Assembly (NCBI GenBank): GCA_002269645.1
Contig: NIVC01000391.1
Span: forward strand, 248,001-312,000
Direction: 5' to 3'
Origin: Macrostomum lignano
Taxonomy: Eukaryota
DNA: 64,000 bases
Below are positions 1 through 11,869 of the stretch, piece by piece (the stretch's first letter is position 1; every line of letters starts with the position of its first letter). The position numbers and the translations under genes are program-made. Below the pieces are notes generated by a model. It had not been told where the DNA came from, did no database searches, and saw only the letters and a list, made by a program, of their open reading frames with translations.

Positions 1-2
1 GC

Positions 3-929
3 GAGACGGCTGAAGCTGCCGCCGCTGCCGCCGACTGCGACGTCGAGGAGGTCGGCAACAACAACGAAGAAGACGAGGACGACCAGGGCGACAGCGGCAT
101 CCGCAGCCCCACTGACGGTCTGGTCGACGCTGCTAGTGAGGACGAGGACGATGAAGACCCGGAGCTGAGCCCGCTGGACCTGTGCCACCAGCCAGGGGTC
201 GGCATCCTCCAGTCCGCTTATTCCGCCTTCACCGCCGCCGCCGCAGCCGCTGCGGTAGCAGCTGGTGGAGCGACACCGCCGATGTCACAGCAAGCCGCGG
301 CAGCAGCCTACGCAGCAGCCGGGCTGCCTTTCCTAACGCCGATGGCCGCGCTGCAACATCCCCTGCTCAATGCCGGAGGAGCTCCGCCGCTATTCCAGCT
401 TCCACCGCCGCCGCCTCATCATCAGCATCAGCATCAGCCTCATCAGTATCAACACCACGGTCTGCATCAGCATCAGCTGACCCCGGCAGTTGACAGCCAG
501 TCGCCGTCGCTGCTGCACCACACTGAGACGCCGCGGGCAACGGCGACAGGCGGACCGCCAGGCCGGCAGCTGGACTGGTGCTCCATCAGGCGGGGTTCCA
601 GGCCGAACCTGCCCTACTCAGCCCGGCGCAAGCTGTTCCACTGGCTCGCCACGCATCTCAGCCAGCCCTACCCGTCCGAGGAGCAGAAGGAGTCCTTGGC
701 CAGGGACACGCAGCTGAGCAAGACTACCGTGAACAATTGGTTCATTAACGCGCGCAGGCGCTACCTGAAGCCTCTGCAGGAGGGCCGCGTGGTGCCCGGC
801 TTCGACCTGTTCCGGGCGGCTGGTCTGAAGTCTTTGCCGTCACAGCAGCCGCAGTCGCAGCCACTGCATCAGCAGCAGCAGCAAACTGCTCTGGAGATGG
901 AAGCAGATGTGAAGCCCTTTAAAGAATAA
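3..929 (+). CDS. TALE-class homeodomain protein (Meis/Pknox/TGIF-like), 5'-incomplete
   Basis: The frame is open from base 3 (ETAEAAAAAADCDVEE...) to TAA at 927-929, so the gene starts outside the window. Homeodomain RRGSRPNLPYSARRKLFHWLATHLSQPYPSEEQKESLARDTQLSKTTVNNWFINARRRYLKP (~588-775) has the TALE PYP loop and WFINARRR. Confidence 0.93.
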   Translation, partial: ETAEAAAAAADCDVEEVGNNNEEDEDDQGDSGIRSPTDGLVDAASEDEDDEDPELSPLDLCHQPGVGILQSAYSAFTAAAAAAAVAAGGATPPMSQQAAAAAYAAAGLPFLTPMAALQHPLLNAGGAPPLFQLPPPPPHHQHQHQPHQYQHHGLHQHQLTPAVDSQSPSLLHHTETPRATATGGPPGRQLDWCSIRRGSRPNLPYSARRKLFHWLATHLSQPYPSEEQKESLARDTQLSKTTVNNWFINARRRYLKPLQEGRVVPGFDLFRAAGLKSLPSQQPQSQPLHQQQQQTALEMEADVKPFKE

Positions 930-1198
930 AAAGAGTTGATCATATTGTTTTATCTGACTCTGATTGGATCTGTCTGCTTTATGTCTCAGTTGCAGATCTT
1001 GGTGCATTCGACGGGAGAGAGCCGGAGCCTGGGTTTTTATAGCGTCAGAATCTCAGCGCCATCTGGCATCCTGGGTCCGAATTCAGGGCGCCAAATTCTA
1101 CCATACCAACATCTCTTTCCTTACACTAACACCACTGATACTGAAATAATTGGATATGTCACTCGCAAGAAATGCGCGGCTTTCTACAGGCAGACCAA

Positions 1199-1280
1199 TT
1201 AACCTCTACGCGACGGGTGGTGTTTAGCATCACCCCTGTTGCCGACGGCTGTCCCGAAATCGGGACATAGACTATTGGAC
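1199..1280. mobile_element. candidate piggyBac-type terminus
   Basis: TTAA followed by CCTCTACGCGACGGGTGGTG-TTTAG-CATCACCC (hairpin) and the palindrome GTCCCGAAATCGGGAC. No partner end found in the window. Confidence 0.4.
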
Positions 1281-2799
1281 AGTCGCTAAAGTTGCTGCTG
1301 CAGCACCCCCTTTCCCGCCGGTTTCTCTCTGTCGCGACTGTCTTAGTCATTTCTTCAGTTCATCTGCACTTGTCTCTGTTTACTGTTTTTTCCTCTTGGT
1401 CCAGTTCAGTCTTGTTATTTTTATCTGTTTCCCTCGCTGCCTTCTGATTGGCTCTTCAACCTCGCCTCTTTTTAGTCACGAGTTCCACCCCCTCATTTTA
1501 TTATCTTCACTCCCCCCCCTAGTTTAATGTCTTAAATATATTCGTTTAGGGCCCTGTCCAATTACAATTAAATAACTATATATTTACCAGTTAAGGGTGC
1601 CTAGCTAGCTAGGACGAAGCATGCTCTAACTTGACTAGTCCGCTAGGGGCTGGAGCATGCTCCTGTGCTCCGTAGCTAGCTATACCCGAAGCATGCTCCC
1701 AGTGTGAACCAATAAGAATTGCGCATATTGGGGTTGCAGCAAATTTATAACAAAAAATATAGCACAAAGCAAAACTTGTGTTATGTTGTAATGAGTACTG
1801 ATGTGTTGGCACTACTGTTGTATTTTATTGACAACATCTTAATCTTCAGTTGTACTTTGAATTTCAAGAAAAACCGAACGCGTGCATAATTAACTTTTTA
1901 CTTCTTTTCAAACTTTACGTTGACTAACGCGTCAGCCCGACAACTCCCATCAAATGGGAGTGTATCAATCAATTGAAAGCTTTCATAGGTGTTATTTTTT
2001 TTATTAACGATTTGCAGTAGAAAAATTGATGTTGTTAATGCTAATTCGCTTGCATGTAATTTGAAAACAAAATTTACAGGAAGAAGGGTTCCTGTGTTCA
2101 ACGTTCAACAAAAGCTTCCAAGGCATATAATTTGTTGTGCTGGGCCTACTGTGCATTGCTGTGCTGGCCAATGCACTAGACTGAACAAGTGAAGGCTCCG
2201 TGTACATGATAAATGAAAGGAGCTTTTATTAAACTTCTTGTGTATTATATTGTGCTTGCTTTAGTATTTTGTTCTATAGTTTAAAGCCTGTCAGTTAATT
2301 ATTAATACAGTTAATATAAGCCTGACTCTGGGCCTGGTATTATTGCATGATTTGAGACCTACTATACAGAACTTAGACAAGCTCTTTGTCCCTTAAATTT
2401 GATTTTTTTAGCCATGTTAATATTTATATAAATGCCTTTTGAAACATAAATGTGGGTCTAATATTATAAGAGGCAACCTACTTATAAGCTGCTTTTATTC
2501 AGTTATTGAAAAGGCTTCAATTCAATTCAATTCTATTATTTAGCTACAGCCATATGTATGTAAAAGCCTATTAAACATAAGCACTAGGCCTAGCTTATTG
2601 ACTTAATAGATTTAGCTAACTAGATCAGAGGCTTAAATTTTTTGTTTTTCTATCTATCTACTACATGTATCTAGGCCTACCATTAGACCTAGACTAATAA
2701 AAAATTAGTCTAGTCTAATAAAAAATTAAGCCTACAATATTTTTATTAAAAATATCTGATCCTTGACTTATTGTCCCTCCTTAGTTCTCCTTTCCCCTA

Positions 2800-3950
2800 G
2801 CACTAGCTTTCGTCCCTTGACCCTGGCTTCTTCCTTGACCCTTGAATTCCTTCCCTTTGACCCTGGTTTCTCTCACTCCTGATCCCCAGTTTCCCTCCCC
2901 TGACTCTTGGCTTAACTCCTAATCCCTGGCTTCTCTCCCCCTGATCTCTGGCTTCTCTCCTCCCTGATCCCAAGCTTTACTCCCCTGGTCTCTGGCTTCT
3001 CTCCCCCCTGATCTCTGGCTTCTCTCCCCCTGATCTCTGGCTTCTCTCCCCCTGATCCCTGGCTTCTCCCTCCCTGATCTCTGGCTTCTCTCCCCCCTGA
3101 TCTCTGGCTTCTCTCCACTTGATCTCTGGCTTCTCTCTCCCTGATTCCTGGCTTCTCTCCCGACCCCTGGCTTCCCTCCCCTGACCCTGGCTTCTCCCTC
3201 CTGACCCCTGGCTTCCCTCCCCTGACCCTGGCTTCTCCTTCTTGACCCTGGCTTCCCTCCCCCTTGACCCCTGGCTTCCCTCCCCTGACCCTGGCTTCTC
3301 CCTCTTGACCCCTGGCTTCCCTCCCTAACCCTGGCTTCTCCCTCCTGACCCCTGGCTTCTCCCTCCTGACCCCTGGCGTCCCTCCTTCCTAACCCCTGGC
3401 TTTACTCCTAACCGCTGGCTTACCTCCCCTGACCCTGGCTTCCATCCCCTGACCCTGGCTTCCCTCCCCTGACCCTGGCTTCCCTCCCCTGACCCTGGCT
3501 TCCCTCCCCCGACCCCTGGCTTCCCTCCCCTGACCCCTGGCTTCTCTCTCCTGACCCCTGGCTTCTCCCTCTTGACCCCTGGCTTCCCTCCCCTGACCCT
3601 GGCTTCCCTCCCCTGACCCCTGGCTTCCCTCCCCTGACCCTGGCTTCCCTCCCCTGACCCTGGCTTCTCTCCCGACCCCTGGCTTCCCTCCCCCTTGACA
3701 CCTGGCTTCCCTCCCCTAACCCTGGCTTCTCCCTCCTGACCCCTGGCTACTCCCTCCTGACCCCTGGCTTCCCTCTCCCTTGACCCCTGGCGTCCCTCCT
3801 TCCTAACCCCTGGCTTTACTCCTAACCGCTGGCTTACCTCCCCTGACCCTGGCTTCCCTCCCCTGACCCTGGCTTCTCTCCCCCTGGCCCTGGCCTTTCT
3901 CCTTACTAACCCCTGGCTTCCCTCCTTCCTAACCCCTCCCAGGCTAACCC
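2800..3950 (+). repeat. CT-rich ~19-21 bp minisatellite (CCCTGGCTTCCCTCCCCTGA)
   Basis: Directly visible degenerate tandem units. Confidence 0.95.
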
Positions 3951-4445
3951 TCCTACTCTACCCCTCCCAGCTACGCTCTCTAGGCTACCCCTCCCAGGCT
4001 ACCCCTGCCATTGTACCCCTCCTAGGCATCCCTCCCAGACAGCCCCTCAGGCTCCCCTCCTACTTTACCCCTCAGGCTCCCCTCTTACTTTACCCCTCCC
4101 AGGCAGCCCTTCCAGGCTACTCCTCCCAGGCTACCCCTTCCATGGCAACCACTTCCAGGCTATCTCCCACTGTACCCCTGTGTACTGTCTCTATTTATGT
4201 TCGAAACTGAGAAGATTGTTTCGTTTCGGTATTATTTAAAAAGATAATGCATCATTTTTTACTTCAGACGCTTCACTCTCATCATTTCAGGTGCGTACAT
4301 GCGAGTCAGCTAACGCTGACGCCGCACTTTGTATTCGGCTTTCCAACGGGGAACTGTGCGTTTATGAAAGCCATTTGGGATTTGGGATGCCAGAAAAGAT
4401 ATTCTATTTTGCAAGGATCCGATAAAAGCTGCCGCTTCGGCTGCA

Positions 4446-5380
4446 CTGCAGTGACCGCCGGCTCAAGCGGAGACGATCGCAGGACTGTTTGCTGCCTGCC
4501 GCTTGCTGCAGTGACCGCCGGCTCAAGCGGAGACGATCGCAGGACTGTTTGCTGCCTGCCGCTTGCTGCAGTGACCGCCGGCTCAAGCGGAGACGATCGC
4601 AGGACTGTTTGCCGCCTGCCGCTTGCTGCAGTGACCGCCGGCTCAAGCGGAGACGATCGCAGGACTGTTTGCTGCCTGCCGCTTGCTGCAGTGACCGCCG
4701 GCTCAAGCGGAGACGATCGCAGGACTGTTTGCTGCCTGCCGCTTGCTGCAGTGACCGCCGGCTCAAGCGGAGACGATCGCAGGACTGTTTGCTGCCTGCC
4801 GCTTGCTGCAGTGACCGCCGGCTCAAGCGGAGACGATCGCAGGACTGTTTGCCGCCTGCCGCTTGCTGCAGTGACCGCCGGCTCAAGCGGAGACGATCGC
4901 AGGACTGTTTGCTGCCTGCCGCTTGCTGCAGTGACCGCCGGCTCAAGCGGAGACGATCGCAGGACTGTTTGCTGCCTGCCGCTTGCTGCAGTGACCGCCG
5001 GCTCAAGCGGAGACGATCGCAGGACTGTTTGCTGCCTGCCGCTTGCTGCAGTGACCGCCGGCTCAAGCGGAGACGATCGCAGGACTGTTTGCTGCCTGCC
5101 GCTTGCTGCAGTGACCGCCGGCTCAAGCGGAGACGATCGCAGGACTGTTTGCGCCTGCCGCTTGCTGCAGTGACCGCCGGCTCAAGCGGAGACGATCGCA
5201 GGACTGTTTGCTGCCTGCCGCTTGCTGCAGTGACCGCCGGCTCAAGCGGAGACGATCGCAGGACTGTTTGCTGCCTGCCGCTTGCTGCAGTGACCGCCGG
5301 CTCAAGCGGAGGACGATCGCAGGACTGTTTGCTGCCTGCCGCTTGCTGCAGTGACCGCCGGCTCAAGCGGAGGACGATCG
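4446..5380 (+). repeat. 60-bp tandem array, ~15.5 near-identical copies
   Basis: Unit GCTGCAGTGACCGCCGGCTCAAGCGGAGACGATCGCAGGACTGTTTGCTGCCTGCCGCTT; successive 60-nt lines are identical apart from one T/C variant and two 1-nt indels. Confidence 0.97.
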
Positions 5381-7158
5381 CTGCTCCGCGTGCTATCATC
5401 CGGTTCCGCGACGACCTTAACGAACAGTGGCAAAGTGAGGGCTATTTAATAAACCATAGTTATGACCTGAACGATTTTCTGAAGTGATGCGTGTTTGTGT
5501 GACTCACATCCTGGTGATGCGCAGTTCTGTACCAGCTGTTTGTAGTTGCTGTGTAGCTGAAGTTTCTGCGGGTAGCTTTATGTTGCGAGCATTACTTCAG
5601 TTGGTTTTGCGTAGCTGCATAAAGTTATTCTATCCAAGCAGCACATTACCTTTGCGTTTATTGAGAGCTTTAATATTTTTTTTGTCCGAATAACAAAAAA
5701 ATGCATTTTGCTCAATCGATGTTACCCGGTAATTTGGCTGTTGCGCCACGCATTTTCGCGCAGAAGTGACCGAAATTGTCCAAGTATTTTTCTATTTTGT
5801 GTTACACTTATTTGAGAAATTTCGCTTGCTCAAAAGAATTGACCAGACTGCAAGTCGCAGAGTTTGAATTTCGGATCGCGGCGACCTGAAAAATCTTTCA
5901 TTCTGCTCAAAATGTTAAACATCCTTAGCTAATGGCAAACTATCTACATAGTCTGGCTAATTTGCTACCTCAAGTAAGCTTGACTTAGATGCAGAGGGCA
6001 TTATCCGGCGGATGCAGCGATCAGGAGGCGGAGGAGACCGCCCATTCCGCTAGCCTCTGGCGTGGCGACCATGAATGACTTCCATCGAAGTGATGTCGCT
6101 CAGGGGGGCCGTCGTCGGTCTCGCTTGCAGCACGGTCCTCCTCACCGGCGGTGGGTAAAACTCAGCTGAGGTACCGGGTGAGCATCAATATGCTCTCGGG
6201 CCTGCAATTAGCGTTGGAGGGTTTGGGCCGGGGTGAGTGAGTGGTGAAGACCGGGTAGTGGCAGATAAATTGTTCTGCGTTTTTACTGCCTGTTGAGCGG
6301 CAGAAGAGCTTGGGGCACCGCGCGCCGCTCCTCAAGTACCTGGCCCTGAAGGAAGCGGTGGCGAGAGAAGCAGCCATGCATGCCCGGAAAAGGCCCATGT
6401 ACTCGTACATGTAAATGCTCTTAAGATCTTAGGCTTGAGCCTAAGGAAGGGGAGGAGACAGACAGCAAGAACAGCAAGAGCAAGAAGGGGACAGCAGCAC
6501 GGGATTTCCTGCAATTTCGAGTGTCGATCGTGCCACCTGCGGAGATGCTCAGAGTCAGCCCAGTGCTTGACTCGGTAGTTGATCACCGAGGCGCATGGGT
6601 GGGGGCCCCTGGGCCCGGTCCAGAAGCCCGCTGGCGGAGCCAGCCTTGCCGGAATGGAAACCATGACATCGTGGACCGGGATCCATTAGAGCTCCACCGG
6701 TTGCCCAGCGCAAGCCCGTGGAGCCGGGCGTTGCAGTCCAGGACAGATCTGGAGTTGGTGGTGCTGCAGCAGACGGCCAGAAGGACTGCTTGACTGTCGG
6801 AGTGAAAAATAAATTTTTGACATCAAGCTAAGCTGCTATTAGGTAGTTAATAATACCTTTGCAAGCTGAACATTTAAATTTATCTCTACTTTTGCCACTT
6901 TTACTGATCGCAAGTGGATCCACACGCAGCCGTGGAGTGGATTGAGCTACATGTAGACTAGTCCAGCGGCCCCGTGGACTGGACTAAAAAACGTATTTTA
7001 CGCTTATTTAAAGAGCACTGGAAATTCACCGAAATTGAAGCATCGATATCTCAGCAACTGCTCAATATTTTGACAAGTGGTAAAGTATATAGCTGGTGCA
7101 AAATTACTCTACCTATTATCCAGTAAATTCTATGCGCCAAATCCATCATTTTGGGGTA

Positions 7159-7916
7159 CAAGTATGGCTCGGAAAGAAGTAAATTTTGGCGTAACTCCAG
7201 TAGTGGAAACTCCAATCGAAACTCCAACTCCAAAATCGAAACTCCAATACTGGCTGATATAAATCCAGCATCGGAGCATAAGATTGTCGCATTGTCGCAC
7301 TAAACTGCACGCTAAAATCGACCATCAATCTAAGTATTGGAGTCTGCAAGGCTCCAATGCTGAAGTTATATCAGCTCCAGTACTCGTTTCAATGCTAGAG
7401 TTTTCTTATGTTCCAATGCTGGAGTTTTCTTATGCTCCAATGCTGGATTTTTATCAGCTCCAATGCTGGAGTTATATCAGCCAGTACTGGAGTTTCGATT
7501 TTGGCACCGGAAAAGTGCAAATAACTCTATTGGATGACCTTCTGGCGCTCTGGGACCGGCGCCAATCGACTCAGGGGCCGAAATCTATCAGAAAATGTTG
7601 GGCGCATAGGCGCGAAAGCCACTCTGCAAAATGCCAAAGATTTGTATCCCCCCAGCCTAGGTGCACTTGTCAAATTTACACCTTATCAACCTGCTGCCAG
7701 TAAAGATTCTGCAAGTAAACCGGCTGTCCTGCAACTTGCAACTAATCAAAACTACGCAAGCCGCTGAGCAGTGTCGCACCAGACTGCACGCTAAAATCGA
7801 CCGTCAATCTATAAAGTATTGGAGTCTGCATATTGCAAGGCTCCAATGCTGGAGTTTCCTTTATTCCACTACACTGGAGATATGCCAAAATGCACACTTA
7901 TTTCCGAGCCATACTG
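7159..7916. mobile_element. Tc1/mariner-type non-autonomous element (MITE)
   Basis: TA|CAAGTATGGCTCGGAAAGAAGT...ACTTATTTCCGAGCCATACTG|TA: ~50-bp imperfect TIRs flanked by TA. Internal ~80-bp direct repeat at ~7280-7360 and ~7770-7855. Confidence 0.7.
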
Positions 7917-8207
7917 TACTGTAGTCCAGCTCAATCCACTCTACTCCAGTTGAACATAGAAATTTTTTTCAAGGATCTTCTCAAACGCGAGAACGGAACT
8001 GTTAGCACAACGCTGCCCAGAATCAGGAGAATGGGCATGACAGAAGCAGCTGCAAAGAACTCATATAGTAGTGAATTCTCATGCAAGTATGAGCTCATGG
8101 AAGTATTAGCAGGAAAGTTTGTTTCAATGGTTCGACCGATCTGACAAATTTTATTTGTGTGAACCTATAGCCACTAATGTACTCGTAGTGAATAGAAGCT
8201 TTTCAGA

Positions 8208-8229
8208 CCGTAAAGACGGTCTCTGACTG
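8208..8229 (+). other. spliced-leader-like 22-mer (5' half only)
   Basis: CCGTAAAGACGGTCTCTGACTG differs at one base from the 5' part of the Macrostomum SL as I recall it (CCGTAAAGACGGTCTCTTACTG...). The CCGT/ACGG hairpin is present. Confidence 0.55.
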
Positions 8230-8288
8230 TTTTTACCCTGGCTGTCCTTCGTACCCGCCCTGCAGGAAAGAATGACCATTCACGAAGG

Positions 8289-9112
8289 TGTACGGTAGAG
8301 CCTAGTTGATGCCAGCCCTGAGGCTGTGCCCGGGAAGCAGGGTCTCCCAACTGCTAGTAGGGTTCAGGTGCTCCTCCGTCCTGTTTTTATCCCCATTACT
8401 TGTATTGGTTTTATTAATGTAAGGCCTTTGACTGCCGCTCCAATTTTCCGGAGTAATGAGCTCTGCCCTCCCTGCCCGGTCCATCCTGCGCTGTCCTTGG
8501 TCCATCTGCTGGCTCCTCTGGTTGTCTCCCTGACTAAGTGTCTCTGGCTCTCATCCTGATAGTAGATTCGTGTCCTGGGGAATGAGTTCGTCCCGAATCG
8601 GGGATACCGGCTGAGTCCGGGTCCTCTTGCTCCTTGTGCCCCTTCCCGACCCCTTGGCCTGGCCCCCAATATTGAGCTGGATAGGCGATACCCTTGGGTT
8701 TGTAGCCGGTAGATGGGCTTCCTGCCTGGAGTCTCGCCCTCGGATACAAGCCTTCCAGACTCGCTCCAATAGTTAAGGCTTCCAAGACTTCTGGGTTTCC
8801 CCGCTCTTGGACCGGTTTCAGTAGTAACCCAAGCTAATTTTTCGTATTTTCAATTTTTTCTGCGCACTCCCGAGGACTCGGTCTTAGCACCGTCGCTGAT
8901 TCCACTTTTGGGTTGGCGGTGCCTTGTACCGTAGGTTTGAGTTAGTAGCACCAATGCTCCTGCTCTCACCAGAGTCCTGAGCTCTGGTCCCAATCCCAAT
9001 CGTGGCCTCTCGGGCTACATGCCCCTGGTAGTATGGCCCACAGTCAGATCCCTGCGGTAGAGCCCCCTTAAGGCTGATCCGCGGTAAGCCCCTGGCTTTC
9101 TACCCCCGTTCA
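8289..9112. mobile_element. possible solo LTR
   Basis: GC-rich non-coding block bounded by TGTACGG...CCGTTCA, with AATAAA on the minus strand ~120 bp from the left end. No TSD, PBS or PPT found. Confidence 0.3.
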
Positions 9113-10994
9113 ACAACAAATAGAGGCTTTTTCCTCGGTAGAAATTCGAGCAACGGATAAAACTTACATGTAGCTCGTCAAAACTGACATTCTCTTCAAT
9201 TCATCGGTGACATCATGCTGACAACATGCGGATGGCGAGTGATCTGGTGGCGAAGCTTGAAGTTGCAGTCGTGAAGTTGAAGAGGCAACGCCTCCTCGCT
9301 GCGTCCGGATGCCCGGAACCCCTGCAGCTAAGTCAAGTAACCCTCTAACACTGTACACAACTCTCAAATCTGCGCAATAACTACATGTACATGTAGCTAG
9401 TGCATGTGCACTTGCCAAGCACAGAGAAGGCGAAACTTCTCCCCGATATTGTGCTTCTCAATTCAAATACGTATTTAAGAAATTAATAACATGCATCCCG
9501 TGTTTCCCGTTCGTTATTTTCAGCAGTACATCAGTTAGCGCCCCTCATAACTGGTGCCCCTCATACTCATGTTGGCCTCCCAAACTTGGACCGCCCCTCC
9601 CAAAAAGAAATCCTAGATCCGCCACTGCTCGTACATGATAAGACTGACTGAATTTATTTCTACTAATATCCACCTATACTAATTATAGATCATTTGTCTT
9701 AATCGGATGGAAACAACTTACATATGTAAGTGTCCATGTACCAGGAAAGTCATGGCTATTTAAAAAGTGACAGGATGTCACGCTATGGGAGCACGAGACT
9801 TTTACACAGAGGCTTTTCTCGCCGAGCTTTCCTCTCATTTTTAACCAACAGGTGCTGCAGCGACAGAGGGCGAGAAGGAGAAAGGGAGGCCAAGAGGGGC
9901 AGGCAAACCATTGAGACTACTGTAATGTAAATTCATATACTTTATACATCTCGCCCTATGGCTCTACCTCCCACTATTCTTTGTGACCGTCATGTGACCA
10001 TATTTGTGTCATCATCAAAAGAGAATTCGATAAAACAGGAATGTTTCAGGACAGGACAGAGTGAATTATCGTAAAAAGCATAGGTAAAAGCAATTAAGTC
10101 TGTTTTATTTTAGAGGCACATCTTCATAATATACAGTCAAGTATACACTCGTAAAACTGTACATTGACAAAAGACAATGAAAAAATATAAACAGCCAACG
10201 CTTGTCGAAAAACGCGCTGCTTAGTTCTCTCAAAGTTTGGTTAGCAAAACTCGACAGGGAGGACAAAACTGATCACAGCATTACAGAGTGGGAGAGAGAG
10301 CGTCAGCATTTGATGGTAGTGCAATATTGCAGAGGTCATGGATTAAATGTTGTATACGCCACGGGCACAGAGAAGTGTGACTAAACATATTTATACGGCT
10401 AACAGCTAATTTCTGTGCAATGTGGCTGAATAGTCATACATGTCGAAGTCGTCACTGTCGTCTTCTTTCACCTCACGAGGATCCTGATTGCACTCTGCGT
10501 CCTGTGCATCGGCAGCAGCATAATGCACATTGCTTAGTCTCATCTCGACACCTGCCAATGAACGAGAGAAAAAGTCCTTTTATTTAAAATGCAAATGCAT
10601 GATGCAAAGTATTCCAATACAGTTCATAGCTAATTTGCATTGTTAGCACTTGATGCTGGAGTGACTATGAGCGGAGAAGCTGAATAGGTTATGTACGCGA
10701 CCAAAACAATTCACTGATTTCACTAGGAAGAAGCTAAATACGCGTAACGTGCAGAAAATCTACGTACTATTTTGTTTTAAACGACCTCATTTTTCGTATT
10801 CTGCTGATGATATTGTAGAGTGTATAAGCGGCAGCATAAAATACACATATTTTTTTACTCACTGCTAATTCCACGCGAAGATAAATAAATGCCAAAGATC
10901 TCCTCTGAAGGAAATCGGATAATATGCTCCTTAATTAGTCCTTCGTTCGCCCTTAGCACTCGCAACACTCGTAGATGACAGCACGCGAAGCAGC

Positions 10995-11313
10995 GAGCCG
11001 GCGGTCACTGCAGCAAGCGGCAGGCAGCAAACAGTCCTGCGATCGTCTCCGCTTGAGCCGGCGGTCACTGCAGCAAGCGACAGGCGGCAAACAGTCCTGC
11101 GATCGTCTCCGCTTGAGCCGGCGGTCACTGCAGCAAGCGGCAGGCAGCAAACAGTCCTGCGATCGTCTCCGCTTGAGCCGGCGGTCACTGCAGCAAGCGG
11201 CAGGCAGCAAACAGTCCTGCGATCGTCTCCGCTTGAGCCGGCGGTCACTGCAGCAAGCGGCAGGCAGCAAACAGTCCTGCGATCGTCTCCGCTTGAGCCG
11301 GCGGTCACTGCAG
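10995..11313 (-). repeat. 60-bp tandem array, ~5 copies (inverted copy of 4446-5380)
   Basis: Same unit in reverse complement. Confidence 0.96.
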
Positions 11314-11869
11314 TGCAGCCGAAGCGGCAGCTTTTATCGGATCCTTGCAAAATAGAATATCTTTTCTGGCATCCCAAATCCCAAATGGCTTTCATAAACG
11401 CACAGTTCCCCGTTGGAAAGCCGAATACAAAGTGCGGCGTCAGCGTTAGCTGACTCGCATGTACGCACCTGAAATGATGAGAGTGAAGCGTCTGAAGTAA
11501 AAAATGATGCATTATCTTTTTAAATAATACCGAAACGAAACAATCTTCTCAGTTTCGAACATAAATAGAGACAGTACACAGGGGTACAGTGGGAGATAGC
11601 CTGGAAGTGGTTGCCATGGAAGGGGTAGCCTGGGAGGAGTAGCCTGGAAGGGCTGCCTGGGAGGGGTAAAGTAAGAGGGGAGCCTGAGGGGTAAAGTAGG
11701 AGGGGAGCCTGAGGGGCTGTCTGGGAGGGATGCCTAGGAGGGGTACAATGGCAGGGGTAGCCTGGGAGGGGTAGCCTAGAGAGCGTAGCTGGGAGGGGTA
11801 GAGTAGGAGGGTTAGCCTGGGAGGGGTTAGGAAGGAGGGAAGCCAGGGGTTAGTAAGGAGAAAGGCCAG

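Larger units (their letters stand above)
1600..5400 (+). repeat. left arm of long inverted repeat (partner 10975-14190)
   Basis: 1600-1713 matches the reverse complement of 14063-14190, and 1945-5400 matches the reverse complement of 10975-13872. Modules: AT-rich unique DNA, CT-rich array, unique block, 60-bp array. Confidence 0.93.

Noticed and set aside
4446-5380. 60-bp array as a CRISPR array or ribozyme tandem
   Set aside because: No unique spacers and no cas genes; eukaryotic context; no hammerhead core (CTGANGA/GAAA) on either strand.
4247-5487. 300-aa ORFs across the 60-bp array (and the inverted copy 10931-11512)
   Set aside because: Open only because the unit lacks stops in several frames; the N-terminus is not protein-like.
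9560-9627. Complete MITE ending in CCTAGATCCGCCACTG
   Set aside because: Only one terminus visible; no partner or TSD.
10200-10560. Acidic minus-strand reading (EVKEDDSDDFDMYDY) as a gene remnant
   Set aside because: About 50 codons, bounded by stops, and no recognisable family.
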